Positions 62,930 through 64,000 of a stretch of 64,000 nt of DNA are shown here, in pieces. The notes below the pieces were generated by a model. The model saw only the letters and a program-made list of their open reading frames with translations, was not told where the DNA came from and did not search any database. Within the stretch, counting starts at the first letter, position 1. Every line of letters starts with the position of its first letter. Location of the stretch: assembly GCF_009914755.1 (NCBI RefSeq), contig NC_060934.1. One strand, 5' to 3'. The DNA is from the human T2T-CHM13v2.0 reference genome, Homo sapiens. A program made the translations under genes and the position numbers.

Positions 62930-63565
62930 GTTAAGAATGTAAAATAGTATAGCAGTGATGAAAAACAGTATGGAGGCTCCTCAAAAAATTAAAAATAGAA
63001 CTACCATATGATCTAACAATCCCACTTCTGGGCATATATCCAAAATAACTGAAACTGGGATCTCAAAAAGATTATCTGCACTCCCATGTTCACTGCAGCA
63101 GTACTCACAACCGCCAAGATACAGAAACAACCTAAATGTCCATTGACTGATGTATTGATAAAGAAAATGAAATGAAATATCATTGAATGAATATCATACA
63201 ATGAAATACCATTCAGCCTTTGAGAAGAAGGATATTTTGTCATGTGACAATATGATCAATCTGGAAGACATGCTAAGTGAAATAAGCCAGGCACAGAAGA
63301 ATAAATAATGGATGATTCCATTAACATGACATATCTAAAATAGTTAAACTCAGAAACAGAGAGTAGAATGGTGGTTGCTAGGAGATGGGGGGAAGGAGAA
63401 ATGAATTGCTATTCAATAGGTATAAAGTTACAGCTTTACAAGATGAATCTGTTTTAGAGATCTTCTGTACAACAGTGTCTATAGTTAACAACACCATATT
63501 GTACATTTAAAAATTTGTTAAGAGGGTAGATCTCATGTTAAGTATTCTTACCACAATTTAAAAAA
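62930..63565 (+). mobile_element. Old L1 3' end (L1MA/L1MB-like)
   Basis: TATGGAGGCTCCTCAAAAAATTAAAAATAGAACTACCATATGATC...GTTAAGAGGGTAGATCTCATGTTAAGT. Confidence 0.85.
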
Positions 63566-64000
63566 GGTCACATTTTCTGAGATGAGAGCTCTTTAGATGA
63601 TCTTTTCTCTTTGGAATAAATATCAAGAAATTCAGATATGTCTACATGCCACTATAGGAAATGAAGAAATCTCAGGTGCCTGGTAGCTAATCCTTTATTT
63701 CTCTTTATGTGAGCCTCCACTGTTAACATGCTATTAAAAATTTTGAAGAAACTTAAATATCCATGAATAGGTAACTGCATAATATTCATAAAACCATAGA
63801 AAGCTGTATTTATTGATATCCTTTCAAGTGAAAAATGTTCCTGAGCAACATATGCAGTATGAAAGCATTTAGAGAGAACTGTGTCCATATACTTACAAAG
63901 ATATGTGTATGTGTATATGTATAACTACATATATTCTGTATACACACAATAGAGATTTCTGAAAAAATAATAGTTTATCTTTAAATATATTGTAGGATTT

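Overview
Primate, almost certainly human, genomic DNA: it is rich in Alu, L1 and LTR elements, and the genes are spliced. From recalled protein sequences I recognise it as the C10orf88B/FAM24A/C10orf88 region next to FAM24B-CUZD1 (10q26). Order in the window: a bidirectional CpG promoter (~2.2-3.4 kb); a six-exon unprocessed C10orf88 (PAAT) pseudogene on + (2839-21015); the intact 105-aa FAM24A gene on + (34623-35942); a relic promoter and first coding exon of CUZD1 on + (44351-44476) that the ORF track misses; and the last two coding exons plus 3'UTR of the functional C10orf88 on - (55411-61143). The two C10orf88 copies are inverted arms of an old duplication. Comparing the arms separates shared insertions (L1M, Charlie1) from copy-specific ones (HMGN1 retrocopy, LTR, Alus). 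Most ORFs in the track are repeat-derived or spurious. There is no prokaryote-type system (CRISPR, operon, RNA genes). Gene and repeat-subfamily names come from memory, not from a database search.
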